Assembly: GCA_035318785.1 (NCBI GenBank)
Contig: DATHDZ010000341.1
Span: forward strand, 15,577 to 79,576
Direction: 5' to 3'
DNA: 64,000 nt
Origin: Micropepsaceae bacterium
GTDB lineage: Bacteria > Pseudomonadota > Alphaproteobacteria > Micropepsales > Micropepsaceae
Made by a program: the position numbers and the translations under genes. Position 1 is the stretch's first letter. The number at the start of each line of letters is the position of its first letter. This document shows positions 1-10,403 of the stretch, piece by piece. The notes beneath the pieces are model-generated. The model ran no database searches. It had not been told where the DNA came from and saw nothing but the letters and a program-made list of their open reading frames with translations.

Positions 1-771
1 AAAATCGACGATCATGATTCGCCCGCCGGGCTTCAAGACGCGAATGGCTTCGCGGAGGGCGGCTTGCGGATCGTCGAGAAAGTGCAGCACCTGATGAAAG
101 AGCACCGCATCGAAACCGCCCTTTGCTTCGCCATCGGCAAAAGGAAGGCGGTAAACGTCGCCGCGGCGCACTTGACAGTTGAACGCGCCGGCGTTTCCGA
201 GGCGATCGCGCGCGATCGCCAACATCTCGGGGCTGACGTCGATTCCGATGCCGCGTTTGATGTGAGGCGCCAGCAATTCCAGCATGCGTCCGGTGCCGGT
301 GCCGGCATCCAGCACGTAATCGGGCCGTTCCTGTTCGAGCAAACGAACGATGAGCCGCTCGACATCGGCTTCCGGCACATGCAGCGAACGGATGCGCTCC
401 CAATGCGGGGCATTTGCCCGGAAATAGGCCGCCGCCTCCTGCGCGCGCTGTGCCCGCACCTGGGCAAGGCGCCGCCTATCGTCGATCAGCACCGGGTCGT
501 TCTCGGAATCGGCAAGGAGTGGCAGCGCCCGGGCAAGCTCCGCCGCTCCCCCTTGATCGGCCGCGCGGTAGAAGACCCACGCCCCTTCTTTGAAGCGCTC
601 GAGCAATCCCGCCTCGCATAAAAGCTTCAAGTGCCGGCTGACCCTGGGCTGGCTTTGACCAAGGATTTCCGTGAGTTCGCTGACGGTTAGCTCAGCCTTG
701 ACCAGTAAAAGAAGCAGCCGCAGCCGCGTCGAATCGCCCACCGCACGCAACATCCCCAGAAGTGTTTCCAT
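1..771 (-). CDS. ArsR/SmtB-family HTH regulator fused to a class I SAM-dependent methyltransferase (3' end runs off the left window edge; absent from supplied ORF track)
   Basis: Own minus-strand translation from ATG at 771: METLLGMLRAVGDSTRLRLLLLLVKAELTVSELTEILGQSQPRVSRHLKLLCEAGLLER (ArsR winged helix). This is followed by VLDAGTGTGRMLELL (SAM motif I) and AIRVLKPGGRIMIVDF ending at nt 1. The frame is open for all 257 codons. Confidence 0.85.
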   Translation of the reverse strand, partial: METLLGMLRAVGDSTRLRLLLLLVKAELTVSELTEILGQSQPRVSRHLKLLCEAGLLERFKEGAWVFYRAADQGGAAELARALPLLADSENDPVLIDDRRRLAQVRAQRAQEAAAYFRANAPHWERIRSLHVPEADVERLIVRLLEQERPDYVLDAGTGTGRMLELLAPHIKRGIGIDVSPEMLAIARDRLGNAGAFNCQVRRGDVYRLPFADGEAKGGFDAVLFHQVLHFLDDPQAALREAIRVLKPGGRIMIVDF

Positions 772-801
772 GCCGCCACTCTTTTACCAATTGGCCAATG
801 T

Positions 802-821
802 ATATAAACATATCTTTATAT
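802..821. promoter_or_regulatory. Inverted repeat ATATAAA-N6-TTTATAT, candidate ArsR-type operator in the divergent arsR-like/mlaA spacer
   Basis: Perfect 7-bp arms read directly (atataaa catatc tttatat), 31 nt upstream of the ArsR-like ATG, in the only AT-rich patch of the spacer. Confidence 0.35.
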
Positions 822-962
822 CCTTATGCAACGCTCCAAGAAAATCCTGCATCCGGTCAACATTCCGGCAAGCTCTGTGTGCTAAATATGGTTACCAAGG
901 GGGGTTGCCACGGTTCGATTCGGTGCCGATGTAGGAAGACCAACCAGGGACATTTCAGCAAA

Positions 963-1694
963 ATGAGATTTTTCACCGTCATATTCCTGGCCGCCACGGC
1001 CGGCGCGCTCCTGTCGGGGTGCGCCAGCATGTCGGCCGCCGAAGGCCCCCAGGCCATCAATGATCCCCTCGAGGGGTTCAATCGGGTCAGTTTCAACGCG
1101 ACCTTGGCTCTGGATAAAGCCATCATGCGCCCGACGGCGCAGGCCTATCGCACGGTATTCCCGGCATTCCTGCGCGATTCGATTCGCAATTTTCTGAACA
1201 ATCTGGACACGCCGATTATCCTCGCCAATGACGTCCTGCAAGGCGAAGTGACCCGGGCCGGCGATACGCTGATTCGGGTGGGCGTGAACTCGACGCTGGG
1301 TCTCGGCGGTCTGGTCGATGTCGCCAAGCGCTGGGGCTATATGCGCCATTCGGAAGATTTCGGGCAGACCTTGGCCGTCTATGGCGTTGGCGAGGGTCCC
1401 TACCTTTTTGTGCCGCTTCTCGGTCCGGGCAATCCGCGCGATGTTTTGGGTTGGGGCGTCGATCTGGCATTCGATCCCCTGACTTACGCGCAATGGCGTG
1501 AGAAAACACTTTGGCAGTTCGGGCGCGCGGGCGTCGATTTTGTCGATTTGCGCGCGCGCAACATCGAAACGCTCGACGAGATCGAGAAGACTTCATTGGA
1601 CTTTTATGCGTCGGTGCGTAGCCTTTATCGTCAGTCCCGTAACAATGAAATCAGGAACGGAGCCACCGAAGTCCAGGATTTGCCGGATTTTTAG
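963..1694 (+). CDS. mlaA: MlaA/VacJ-family outer-membrane lipoprotein
   Basis: Internal ATG of ORF 762..1694. MRFFTVIFLAATAGALLSGC lipobox, then DPLEGFNRVSFNATLALDKAIMRPTAQAYR...ILANDVLQG...NSTLGLGGLVDVA, typical of the VacJ family. Confidence 0.85.
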   Translation: MRFFTVIFLAATAGALLSGCASMSAAEGPQAINDPLEGFNRVSFNATLALDKAIMRPTAQAYRTVFPAFLRDSIRNFLNNLDTPIILANDVLQGEVTRAGDTLIRVGVNSTLGLGGLVDVAKRWGYMRHSEDFGQTLAVYGVGEGPYLFVPLLGPGNPRDVLGWGVDLAFDPLTYAQWREKTLWQFGRAGVDFVDLRARNIETLDEIEKTSLDFYASVRSLYRQSRNNEIRNGATEVQDLPDF

Positions 1695-1796
1695 CCTCTG
1701 TTGAGGATTGTGCCGGGATAGGAACGAAGGCGGCCTCCATACGTTTGCCATTTTGGGGAACGAAGGTTTCCCGCAAGAATTGTAGGAGAGAGTTTC

Positions 1797-2486
1797 ATGA
1801 CGTCGTATTCGCAACGGACCGTGCCGCCATGGGCCGTCAACGTCGTGTGGGCATTTCTTGTGCTCGCGACGATCTTTTTCTCGGCGCCCACCTCCGCTGC
1901 TGCAGCCACTTCAGCGGAAAGCTTCGTGCAGCAGAACATCGACAAGGGCTACACGATTCTCAACAACACTTCGCTTTCCGATGAACAGCGTCGCGCGCAA
2001 TTCCGCACGTTCATGCTGGGTCTGACCGACACGCGGCGGATCGGGCTGTTCACGCTTGGGCAATATGCGAACGGCGCCTCGAAAGCCGATCTGGATGCGT
2101 TCACCGAGGCGTTCCTCGATTACGCGGTGGCGGTCTATGAATCGCGGCTGAGCAAATATAAGGGCCAGACACTCAAGGTCACCGGGTCGAGCGAACGCGC
2201 CGCGGACGACATTGTGGTCAACGCGGATGTGGTCAATCCGAATTCTTCCAACGGTCAGCCTTTCAAAGTCGGGTTCCGCGTCCGCAAGACCTCCGACGGC
2301 CGGCCGATCATCACCGACATGCAGGTCGAGGGCGTGTGGCTGGCGCTGTCCCAGCGCTCCGATTTCACCGGATTCCTACAGCAGCACGGCGGCAGCGTCG
2401 CCGCCCTGACCGATCATCTGCACATGCAGGCGCAGCAGATTCATGCCGGCGCCAGCGAAGCATCGCGGCAAGGCCAAAAGTCATAA
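1797..2486 (+). CDS. MlaC/Ttg2D-family periplasmic lipid-binding protein
   Basis: Signal peptide. Motifs FVQQNIDKGYTIL, RRAQFRTFMLGLTDTRRIGLFTLGQY, AFLDYAVAVYESRL, ITDMQVEGVWLALSQRSDF match the toluene-tolerance Ttg2D/MlaC pattern. GGAGAG RBS before the ATG. Confidence 0.8.
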   Translation: MTSYSQRTVPPWAVNVVWAFLVLATIFFSAPTSAAAATSAESFVQQNIDKGYTILNNTSLSDEQRRAQFRTFMLGLTDTRRIGLFTLGQYANGASKADLDAFTEAFLDYAVAVYESRLSKYKGQTLKVTGSSERAADDIVVNADVVNPNSSNGQPFKVGFRVRKTSDGRPIITDMQVEGVWLALSQRSDFTGFLQQHGGSVAALTDHLHMQAQQIHAGASEASRQGQKS

Positions 2487-2500
2487 GCCGAAGATCGTCT

Positions 2501-2535
2501 AAAAAAAGGGCCGGCGTTTTTCGCCGGCCCTTTTT

Positions 2536-2537
<2 letters not shown>
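2501..2537. terminator. Bidirectional rho-independent terminator between the mlaC-like gene and ettA
   Basis: aaaaaaa GGGCCGGCG ttttt CGCCGGCCC ttttttt: 9-bp GC stem flanked by an A-run and a T-run. The T-run overlaps the ettA stop codon. Confidence 0.85.
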
Positions 2538-4194
<1,657 letters not shown>

Positions 4195-4289
4195 GCGAAT
4201 TCCTTAACTGGCGAAAAATGGAGGCGGGTTGTAACGGAGGATCGACGGCACGGCAACAGCCGCGCGAAAACTGCCGAATCCCTAAGGTA

Positions 4290-5309
4290 TCAGAAGTTCA
4301 GCTTGGCCCGGGCGACGCCAGCAACCGCATTCTGGCCACGCGTACCAGCCGCATTGACCTGATAGGCGGCATTGGCCTGCAGCGCGAGAGTCCCGTCAAG
4401 GAAGGTTGTGACATAACCCAGCTCGACATCGGATTCCCGGGCCTGTGTGTTGGCGAGCGCGAAATTGGTGTTCAGGGCGCCGAAGCTCTTGCTGCCGGTA
4501 TAAATCTGGAGCGGACGCGACAGAGCGATACCGAACGCGTCATCCCCAAACAATCCGGTTTTCGCAAGGCCTATGCCATAGGCTTGCGAACGCAGCGGGT
4601 CGGATTTCACGCCGAGCTGCTCTCGATTGAGGTCGAGCTGCGTCACACCTTCGGCATAGGTCAGCGTTGTCACCCAGCCCTCGGCAAAACCCACACGCGC
4701 CGAAATGCCCAAGGCGGAGCTCTCGGCAGGGCCGCCGCTCCGCAACGATCCACCGAGCAGCGAAGAATTGCCGCTGGAACGCGATGCCGTCAGTCCGATC
4801 GCGCCCCAATCGGCGAAATTCCAATTGAGGTTCGCCGAGGTCGTTCCGATGCTGCGCAGATTGGTGCCGAGACGGGCCGCGAGATCGCGCGAAAGAGTAC
4901 TCGGTTGCGTGTCGCTCAGTGCATCCAGCCCGAGGGCCAAGTGCCCGACATTGAGATCGACATCGCGGCCGATCGCGAAACTTGCGCCGGCAAAATTATT
5001 GGTGCCGCCAAGGAAAGAGGAATTCAGAGATCCACTTGCCGGAAACACATCGTTGTACGGATCCCAGTTGCGGCCACGCGCGAGATCAAGCTGAAGGCCG
5101 CGCGCGACGCTGGCGCCATTCGGACGAAGCGACGACATGTCCTGGCCCAGAGGCGCCATGACGCCGCCAAGATTGAGGTTGGCGATGGAGGCGATGGAAG
5201 CTTGCGCAACCTTTGCTGTGGGCGCGGTCGATGTGGCAGCCGACACCGCGGACACCCAAAGGGTACCCAACAGCACCGACAAGGCTGCCGTCACAACGCG
5301 CATGCGCAT
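4290..5309 (-). CDS. Outer-membrane beta-barrel protein (autotransporter-beta-domain-like, no obvious passenger)
   Basis: Start moved to MRMRVVTAALSVLLGTLWVSAVSA (signal peptide). Alternating beta-strand pattern throughout. C-terminal ...AGVARAKLNF ends in an aromatic residue, typical of OM barrels. Confidence 0.6.
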   Translation of the reverse strand: MRMRVVTAALSVLLGTLWVSAVSAATSTAPTAKVAQASIASIANLNLGGVMAPLGQDMSSLRPNGASVARGLQLDLARGRNWDPYNDVFPASGSLNSSFLGGTNNFAGASFAIGRDVDLNVGHLALGLDALSDTQPSTLSRDLAARLGTNLRSIGTTSANLNWNFADWGAIGLTASRSSGNSSLLGGSLRSGGPAESSALGISARVGFAEGWVTTLTYAEGVTQLDLNREQLGVKSDPLRSQAYGIGLAKTGLFGDDAFGIALSRPLQIYTGSKSFGALNTNFALANTQARESDVELGYVTTFLDGTLALQANAAYQVNAAGTRGQNAVAGVARAKLNF

Positions 5310-5500
5310 ATTCCCCGCTACTCCTCTGGGCGAAGGCCCAGCTATGGTGATTGTACCAGTTCCAACTCTCATAGGAAATGAACCTTCTGCTACAAAGCTC
5401 CAGTGCGGCCCCGCGCCACGGTGGGGTGCCAATTCGGCCGCGGATCTGAATTCCCATGATTGCTGAGCTACTTAGCTTAAAGCCCTCCGGCTGATCGGGC

Positions 5501-5525
5501 AAAAGAAAAAGCACATGTGCCAAAA
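5501..5525 (-). terminator. Weak terminator-like element after the CoA-transferase gene
   Basis: Minus-strand RNA reads UGA-UUUUG-GCACAUGUGC-UUUUUCUUUU. The palindrome is short (weak stem) but is followed by a long U-run. Confidence 0.3.
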
Positions 5526-6728
5526 TCAGCGCTCCCCCAGGGCGCCCACCACCTTTCGCGCGAGGAGGCCTCTGATCTCAACCTCGCTGAACCCAAACTC
5601 CGTAAGGATCGATTCGCTTTCTTCTCCGACCCTCGGCGTCGGCCTATCGGCCTGCCGCTCGAGACCCGAGACTCGAAACGGCGAGCGCACGGTCCTAAGC
5701 GCCCCCTCGCTGGGATGGTCCACGGATCCGAACAACCCGACCGCGGAGAGATGCGCTTCGTCGAAAAGATCGTCGAAGCTGTTCACCGGCCCGCAGGGAA
5801 TGTCGCGCTCATTCATCAGCGTCAGCCACTCCGCCGTGGAGCGCTGCGGCGCCGCATCGGCAATCACCTGATAGAGCGCATCCACATTCGCGCTTCGCTT
5901 GACGGGATCCTTCACCCATTCTTCGCTCAGCAGATCCGCCCTGCCGACGCACTCCATGAATCGCATCCATTGCTGCGTCGTGTAAGGCATAATCGCGACG
6001 TAACCGTCCCGCGTCTTATACGGCCGGCGGTTCTTCGCAAGCATTCGCTCGTAACCCGAAGGACCGAGCGGCGGCACGAAAGTACGTCCGGCAAGATGTT
6101 CGACAAGGAGAAAGGCGACCATGCTTTCGAACATGGGAGCTTCGATGGCGCAGCCCTCGCCCGTTTTCAGCCGGCGAACCAGCCCTGTGGCGAGCGCAAA
6201 GGCAAGATGCAGGCCGACCACCTTGTCGGCGATGATGGAGGGCAGGAAACGCGGCGCGCCGGTGGCGTCGGCATTGAGCTGCGCCAGCCCGGACATCGCC
6301 TGGATGATGTCGTCATAGGCAGGTTCATCCGCATACGGACCATCCTGGCCGAATCCCGGCGAATAACAATAGACGATGCCGCTATTCACGCGCTTCGCAT
6401 CTTCGTAGGAAAGGCCGAGCTTCACGGCCGCCTTGGGCCGCATGTTGTGGACCACGGCATCGGCGCGCGCGATGAGCCTCTGCACCACGTCTCGCCCCTC
6501 GGGCTTGCGCAAATCCACGGCAATCGAACGCTTGTTGCGGTTGGTGTTGAGAAAGCCCGCGCCCATGTCGGGGGCGCGGCTCGGCCCCGGAGAACGGCCC
6601 ACATCGCCATCGAGCGGTTCAACCTTGACGATGTCCGCGCCCATATCGCCCAGGAACTGCGTGGCGTAGGGCCCGAGATAGGTCGTCGTCAGATCGACGA
6701 TGCGGATGCCCTTCAGAACCTCATACAT
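5526..6728 (-). CDS. CaiB/BaiF family III CoA-transferase
   Basis: Only the last 400 codons of ORF 5526..7580 are credible. MYEVLKGIRIVDLTTTYLGPYATQFLGDMGADIVKVEP...NTNRNKRSIAVDLRKPEG is the family III CoA-transferase N-terminus. The ATG lies 2 nt after the TauE stop. Confidence 0.9.
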   Translation of the reverse strand: MYEVLKGIRIVDLTTTYLGPYATQFLGDMGADIVKVEPLDGDVGRSPGPSRAPDMGAGFLNTNRNKRSIAVDLRKPEGRDVVQRLIARADAVVHNMRPKAAVKLGLSYEDAKRVNSGIVYCYSPGFGQDGPYADEPAYDDIIQAMSGLAQLNADATGAPRFLPSIIADKVVGLHLAFALATGLVRRLKTGEGCAIEAPMFESMVAFLLVEHLAGRTFVPPLGPSGYERMLAKNRRPYKTRDGYVAIMPYTTQQWMRFMECVGRADLLSEEWVKDPVKRSANVDALYQVIADAAPQRSTAEWLTLMNERDIPCGPVNSFDDLFDEAHLSAVGLFGSVDHPSEGALRTVRSPFRVSGLERQADRPTPRVGEESESILTEFGFSEVEIRGLLARKVVGALGER

Positions 6729-6730
6729 CG

Positions 6731-7489
6731 CTATCCGCCATAGGCCTTTACGAAATAGTAGACCGAGAATATAGCGCCCGCCGCCGTCACGATCCGCCGC
6801 AGCCATTCGCCGGGGATGCGACGCGCCACACGCGCGCCGAAATACCCGCCCGCGATGGACCCGATCATCACGATCAAAGCGACCTGCCAATCGACCGCGC
6901 CCACGAAGATGAAGAGCAAAGCCGCGACGCCATTGATGAAACAGACGAGGAAATTGCGCTGCGCGTTGGCGCTCTGCATATCCTGTTCGCCGGCCAGCGC
7001 CATGGATGCCAGCAGCAGGATTCCGATGGCCGCGCCGAAATAGCCGCCATAGATCGCGCTGACGAATTCCATCGCCAGCAATTGCAGCTCGTTCTTGCGG
7101 TGCGGTCCCTGCGTGACCCGCCGGACGATCTGGCGCGAAAGCGTGAAGAGGATTGTCGCCACCGCCAGCAGCCACGGCACGAGATAGAAAAACAACGCGT
7201 TGCCCGAAACGAGCAGCAGCACCGCGCCGGTGAGCCCGCCCGCGATGGCCACCCCGATCCTCGCCGGCAATCGCGCGCGCACCCGCTGCAATTCGGGAAG
7301 GTAGGCATAAGCCGAAGTGAACGTACCGGGGACGAGCGCAACGGTGGTCGTGGTATTGGCGATCACCGGCGGCAACCCGGCCGCGAGCAGGACGGGAAAG
7401 GTGAAAAGCGTGCCGCCACCCACCAAGGCGTTGGATGTGCCGGCGAGAAAGCCGATGAGGATGAGGAACAGAATTTCGATGGGGGGCAC
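6731..7489 (-). CDS. TauE/SafE-family (DUF81) sulfite/organosulfonate-type exporter
   Basis: 252 aa, about 8 hydrophobic segments. FLAGTSNALVGGGTLFTFPVLL and SIAGGYFGARVARRIP repeats are typical of TauE/SafE. Confidence 0.85.
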   Translation of the reverse strand: MPPIEILFLILIGFLAGTSNALVGGGTLFTFPVLLAAGLPPVIANTTTTVALVPGTFTSAYAYLPELQRVRARLPARIGVAIAGGLTGAVLLLVSGNALFFYLVPWLLAVATILFTLSRQIVRRVTQGPHRKNELQLLAMEFVSAIYGGYFGAAIGILLLASMALAGEQDMQSANAQRNFLVCFINGVAALLFIFVGAVDWQVALIVMIGSIAGGYFGARVARRIPGEWLRRIVTAAGAIFSVYYFVKAYGG

Positions 7490-7533
7490 GGGACCCGACG
7501 CGAATGGAGTGGGACACGCTTAATATGGGCGAC

Positions 7534-8487
7534 CTACGGGGGCAACAGCGCTTCCACCCGCGCCGCCACGGCGCCCACATCGTTAAGCGGCGTATAGGCG
7601 TAGCGAGCGAGTGATCCGACGAAGGAACGGGTCACGCCGTCTTCGCGAAGCGCGCGGTGAAAGCGCTCGAATTTCGCAGAGCCGCCCGGGAGATCGACCA
7701 CATAGACCGGCTTTCCGGTGCTCGCGCTTTCCGAGACCATATTCACCGAATCCCCGGTCACCACGATGTAATCGGCAAGGCCAAGCAGCCCGAAATAGGG
7801 ATTCTCGCCGCGCATGTCCCAGAGATAATGCGGCACCGGGGCGAGCTCGGCTTTCAGGATGGTCAGGCATTCTTCGCTTGTGCGGCGCGACGGCGTCACC
7901 AAAAGGCTCGCCGTCAGGTCACGTGCAACCGCTACAAGCTGACGGGCCAGACGCGTCATCTCGGCGGGGCCCAAACGAAAGACGGAATTGGAGCCACCGA
8001 TCAGAACGCTGACATAGGGCCTCGCCAGGCGAGCGATTTCCGGCCTGAGACGTTCGGCGCCCTTTCGCAGCAGTTCGGGCGTGATGCGATGGAGCGCTCC
8101 ACGCGTGGAGATGATGTTGTCCCCGTGCAACTCGTCATGGCGGGGCACGACGACGAGATCGAAATGCCTGGACGCGATCACCGGATTTTGCAGCTGGACC
8201 GTGCGCGTCAGTCCGCCTGACAGCTTCCTTACCAGCATGGACGCGGCAACGCTGTGCCGTCCCGTGGCAATCAGAAGGTCCGGCCAGGGGGCCGCGAGGG
8301 AATCGCTGTCGGTAGTGAATTGCGCGCGTCCGCCCAAGCGAAAATAAGGCGTGATTTGCCGCCACGGACTTCGTAAGCGCACCCGCTTGACCAGCGGCGT
8401 CAGCCCTAGCGCCTCTGCAAGGCCGATGCATTGGCTTTCCATGCCCGCTTTGCCGTCGGTTACCACCCAACAGGAGAGCTTGCGCAC
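7534..8487 (-). CDS. ELM1/DUF1022-family protein (mitochondrial-fission ELM1-like, glycosyltransferase-like fold)
   Basis: VVTDGKAGMESQCIGLAEALG, PDLLIATGRHS, VVVPRHD, LIGGSNS, LLVTPSRRT, ENPYFGLLGLADYIVVTGDSVNMVSESASTGKPVYV match the bacterial ELM1 family. Start reassigned to GTG 8487, 1 nt after the upstream stop (the track start at 8673 would overlap the upstream gene). Confidence 0.75.
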   Translation of the reverse strand: MRKLSCWVVTDGKAGMESQCIGLAEALGLTPLVKRVRLRSPWRQITPYFRLGGRAQFTTDSDSLAAPWPDLLIATGRHSVAASMLVRKLSGGLTRTVQLQNPVIASRHFDLVVVPRHDELHGDNIISTRGALHRITPELLRKGAERLRPEIARLARPYVSVLIGGSNSVFRLGPAEMTRLARQLVAVARDLTASLLVTPSRRTSEECLTILKAELAPVPHYLWDMRGENPYFGLLGLADYIVVTGDSVNMVSESASTGKPVYVVDLPGGSAKFERFHRALREDGVTRSFVGSLARYAYTPLNDVGAVAARVEALLPP

Positions 8488-8488
8488 C

Positions 8489-10387
8489 TCAGAATCCAAA
8501 CATGTGGTCCAGGCTGAAAGCGCGTTCGCCAATAAGCCCGTGATAGCCGAACAGCCGGCAGGTCGTGTCGCGCACCACCACATAGGCGTCCGCGCCCGCT
8601 TGAGTGCGTTCGGCTTCGGTGAATGTCTCGTTGAGGCGCCAAAGCAGCGAACCGCCGCAAGGAATGCGAACATTGCGCCGCGCCGCTTCCTGCCCCTGAG
8701 ACGACATCAGCATGAGCGCGGTGTCCGACGTCTCATGCCAGGGGCGCGAAACGGGATAAACCAGGTGGCACATGGTGTCGAAGGGCGCGGGCCCCACGCG
8801 CAGGAAGAGCCGCGTCGAAAGCCCCGGCGGCGGCCCTTTGTAGGATTGAGGTTCGCCTTTGTAGGTCACCAGCATGTTGAACATATGCGCGCCGAAGCTG
8901 GTTTCGGCGGCATGGCCGGTCTCGAGGTCTTCATAGCGGAACAGAGCGTGCAGCCAGCCATCGGCCTCTTGTCCCGCTTCGAAATCATAGACCAGCTCCA
9001 TATGGCCGTAGCCGCCGTCGATGCGGCCGTTCAAGACCTCATTCGCCGCAAGGGCGATGGATTCGTTGCGCCGAAGATTCCCGAAACTGTGCTCGGCGGC
9101 TTTGCGCCCGGCACTGTCATAGATCAGCAATTTGACCGGCAGATGCGCCTGTACCGTCGACATCGGCGTCGGCAGGACCAGGCTGCGAAAGCGCTCCACC
9201 GGCAGCACCGGTGCGGGAAGGATAAATCCTTTGCCGAGCACCGCGCCGAGTCCGGGAAGCTCCCTATCCAGTTTCAAATCGCTGCGCTCGACATTGGGGT
9301 GCGCGATGCGGCGGCGCCCGTTCTTGCGCAGTATCTCATAGCGCGGGCGCACGAAATGCTTGCCGGCGCGTATCTCGAGCTGCTGCGGCCAACGCGCCGC
9401 GGGTAGAAGCTGGGACACCCTCAGGCTCTTTGTGGCAAAGGCGCCGACCGGTTCGTGCAAATGGGCGACCCTATCATCGCCCATCAGATTGAAACCGATT
9501 TCACCCGCGGGAATGGGATGGGGATGGGAGTTTTGCACCCACAACACCACGTCTTCGCCTTCCTCCGGCGCGGGCAGTCCCGCATAGACATCCGCGGGCC
9601 AGGAATTGGCGTCATGCGTGCATGAGAGCACGTCCGAGGAATCGCCATAGGTGTCGAGCGCGTATTTCACGATGTCGTGCCCGGCCGCACCCACGACATG
9701 CATGAACAATTGGCCGGTAAAAGGTGCAAGACCGAAGCGCGCGCGGACCTCCTTGCTGTCCACCACGATGGAGCCGTTGGCGGTCGGCAATATCTCTTTC
9801 CACTCGGCGATCGCATGTCCCCCGTCGTTGAAAAGAGTGAACCAGATATAGCCCCCCTTCCCTCCGTAGCCCGACCAATAATTGATCGTGACCAGACGGG
9901 TATGGTGGCCGTCCGCATCGCGGAAGAAAGCGAAATTGGTCGCGAAATTCAGGTTCGAGAGATAACGCGTGCGGTCCGACAGCATGTCGTCCGGCAGGCG
10001 CAAAGCATCGAAGCTCAGAAGCGAAGCGCCGTTGACGGCGTCGCGCAGATGAACGGCGGCAGGCCCCGCATCAAAAGCGGCGATGAGCACCGTGCCGGCG
10101 CGACATTGAGAGAGTTCGGCGACGGACTGTGTCCGATGTCCACGGAAGCTGCGGCCGATATGACTCACGTCCTGGACGAACAATCCGGCAATCTCGGTGC
10201 GGTCCAAAGGAAACAGCGCATCGAACGCCGCGAGGAGATTGTGCGGATCGTAGATCGCGACCGGCCCGCTTGCCTTCAGCTTCGCCAGAAGCATACGGGC
10301 CGGCTCGGCCGCCAAGGGATGCGTGACCGCCTTGTAGAAGGCGTTGCCTCCGACGGCGTTGTTGAAGGTCTCGATATTCAGGGGCAT
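8489..10387 (-). CDS. Conserved-looking hypothetical protein, 632 aa, no family recognised
   Basis: Long uninterrupted ORF. AAGGTG RBS 16 nt after the upstream stop. No TM segment or signal peptide seen. No motif I can name. Confidence 0.8.
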   Translation of the reverse strand: MPLNIETFNNAVGGNAFYKAVTHPLAAEPARMLLAKLKASGPVAIYDPHNLLAAFDALFPLDRTEIAGLFVQDVSHIGRSFRGHRTQSVAELSQCRAGTVLIAAFDAGPAAVHLRDAVNGASLLSFDALRLPDDMLSDRTRYLSNLNFATNFAFFRDADGHHTRLVTINYWSGYGGKGGYIWFTLFNDGGHAIAEWKEILPTANGSIVVDSKEVRARFGLAPFTGQLFMHVVGAAGHDIVKYALDTYGDSSDVLSCTHDANSWPADVYAGLPAPEEGEDVVLWVQNSHPHPIPAGEIGFNLMGDDRVAHLHEPVGAFATKSLRVSQLLPAARWPQQLEIRAGKHFVRPRYEILRKNGRRRIAHPNVERSDLKLDRELPGLGAVLGKGFILPAPVLPVERFRSLVLPTPMSTVQAHLPVKLLIYDSAGRKAAEHSFGNLRRNESIALAANEVLNGRIDGGYGHMELVYDFEAGQEADGWLHALFRYEDLETGHAAETSFGAHMFNMLVTYKGEPQSYKGPPPGLSTRLFLRVGPAPFDTMCHLVYPVSRPWHETSDTALMLMSSQGQEAARRNVRIPCGGSLLWRLNETFTEAERTQAGADAYVVVRDTTCRLFGYHGLIGERAFSLDHMFGF

Positions 10388-10403
10388 GAGCGCACCTTAG
10401 CGT

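Noticed and set aside
5526-7580. 684-aa ORF that appears to fuse the CoA-transferase with upstream sequence.
   Set aside because: Only the last 400 codons (from ATG 6728) look like a real protein. The upstream part overlaps the TauE gene in another frame and is low-complexity.
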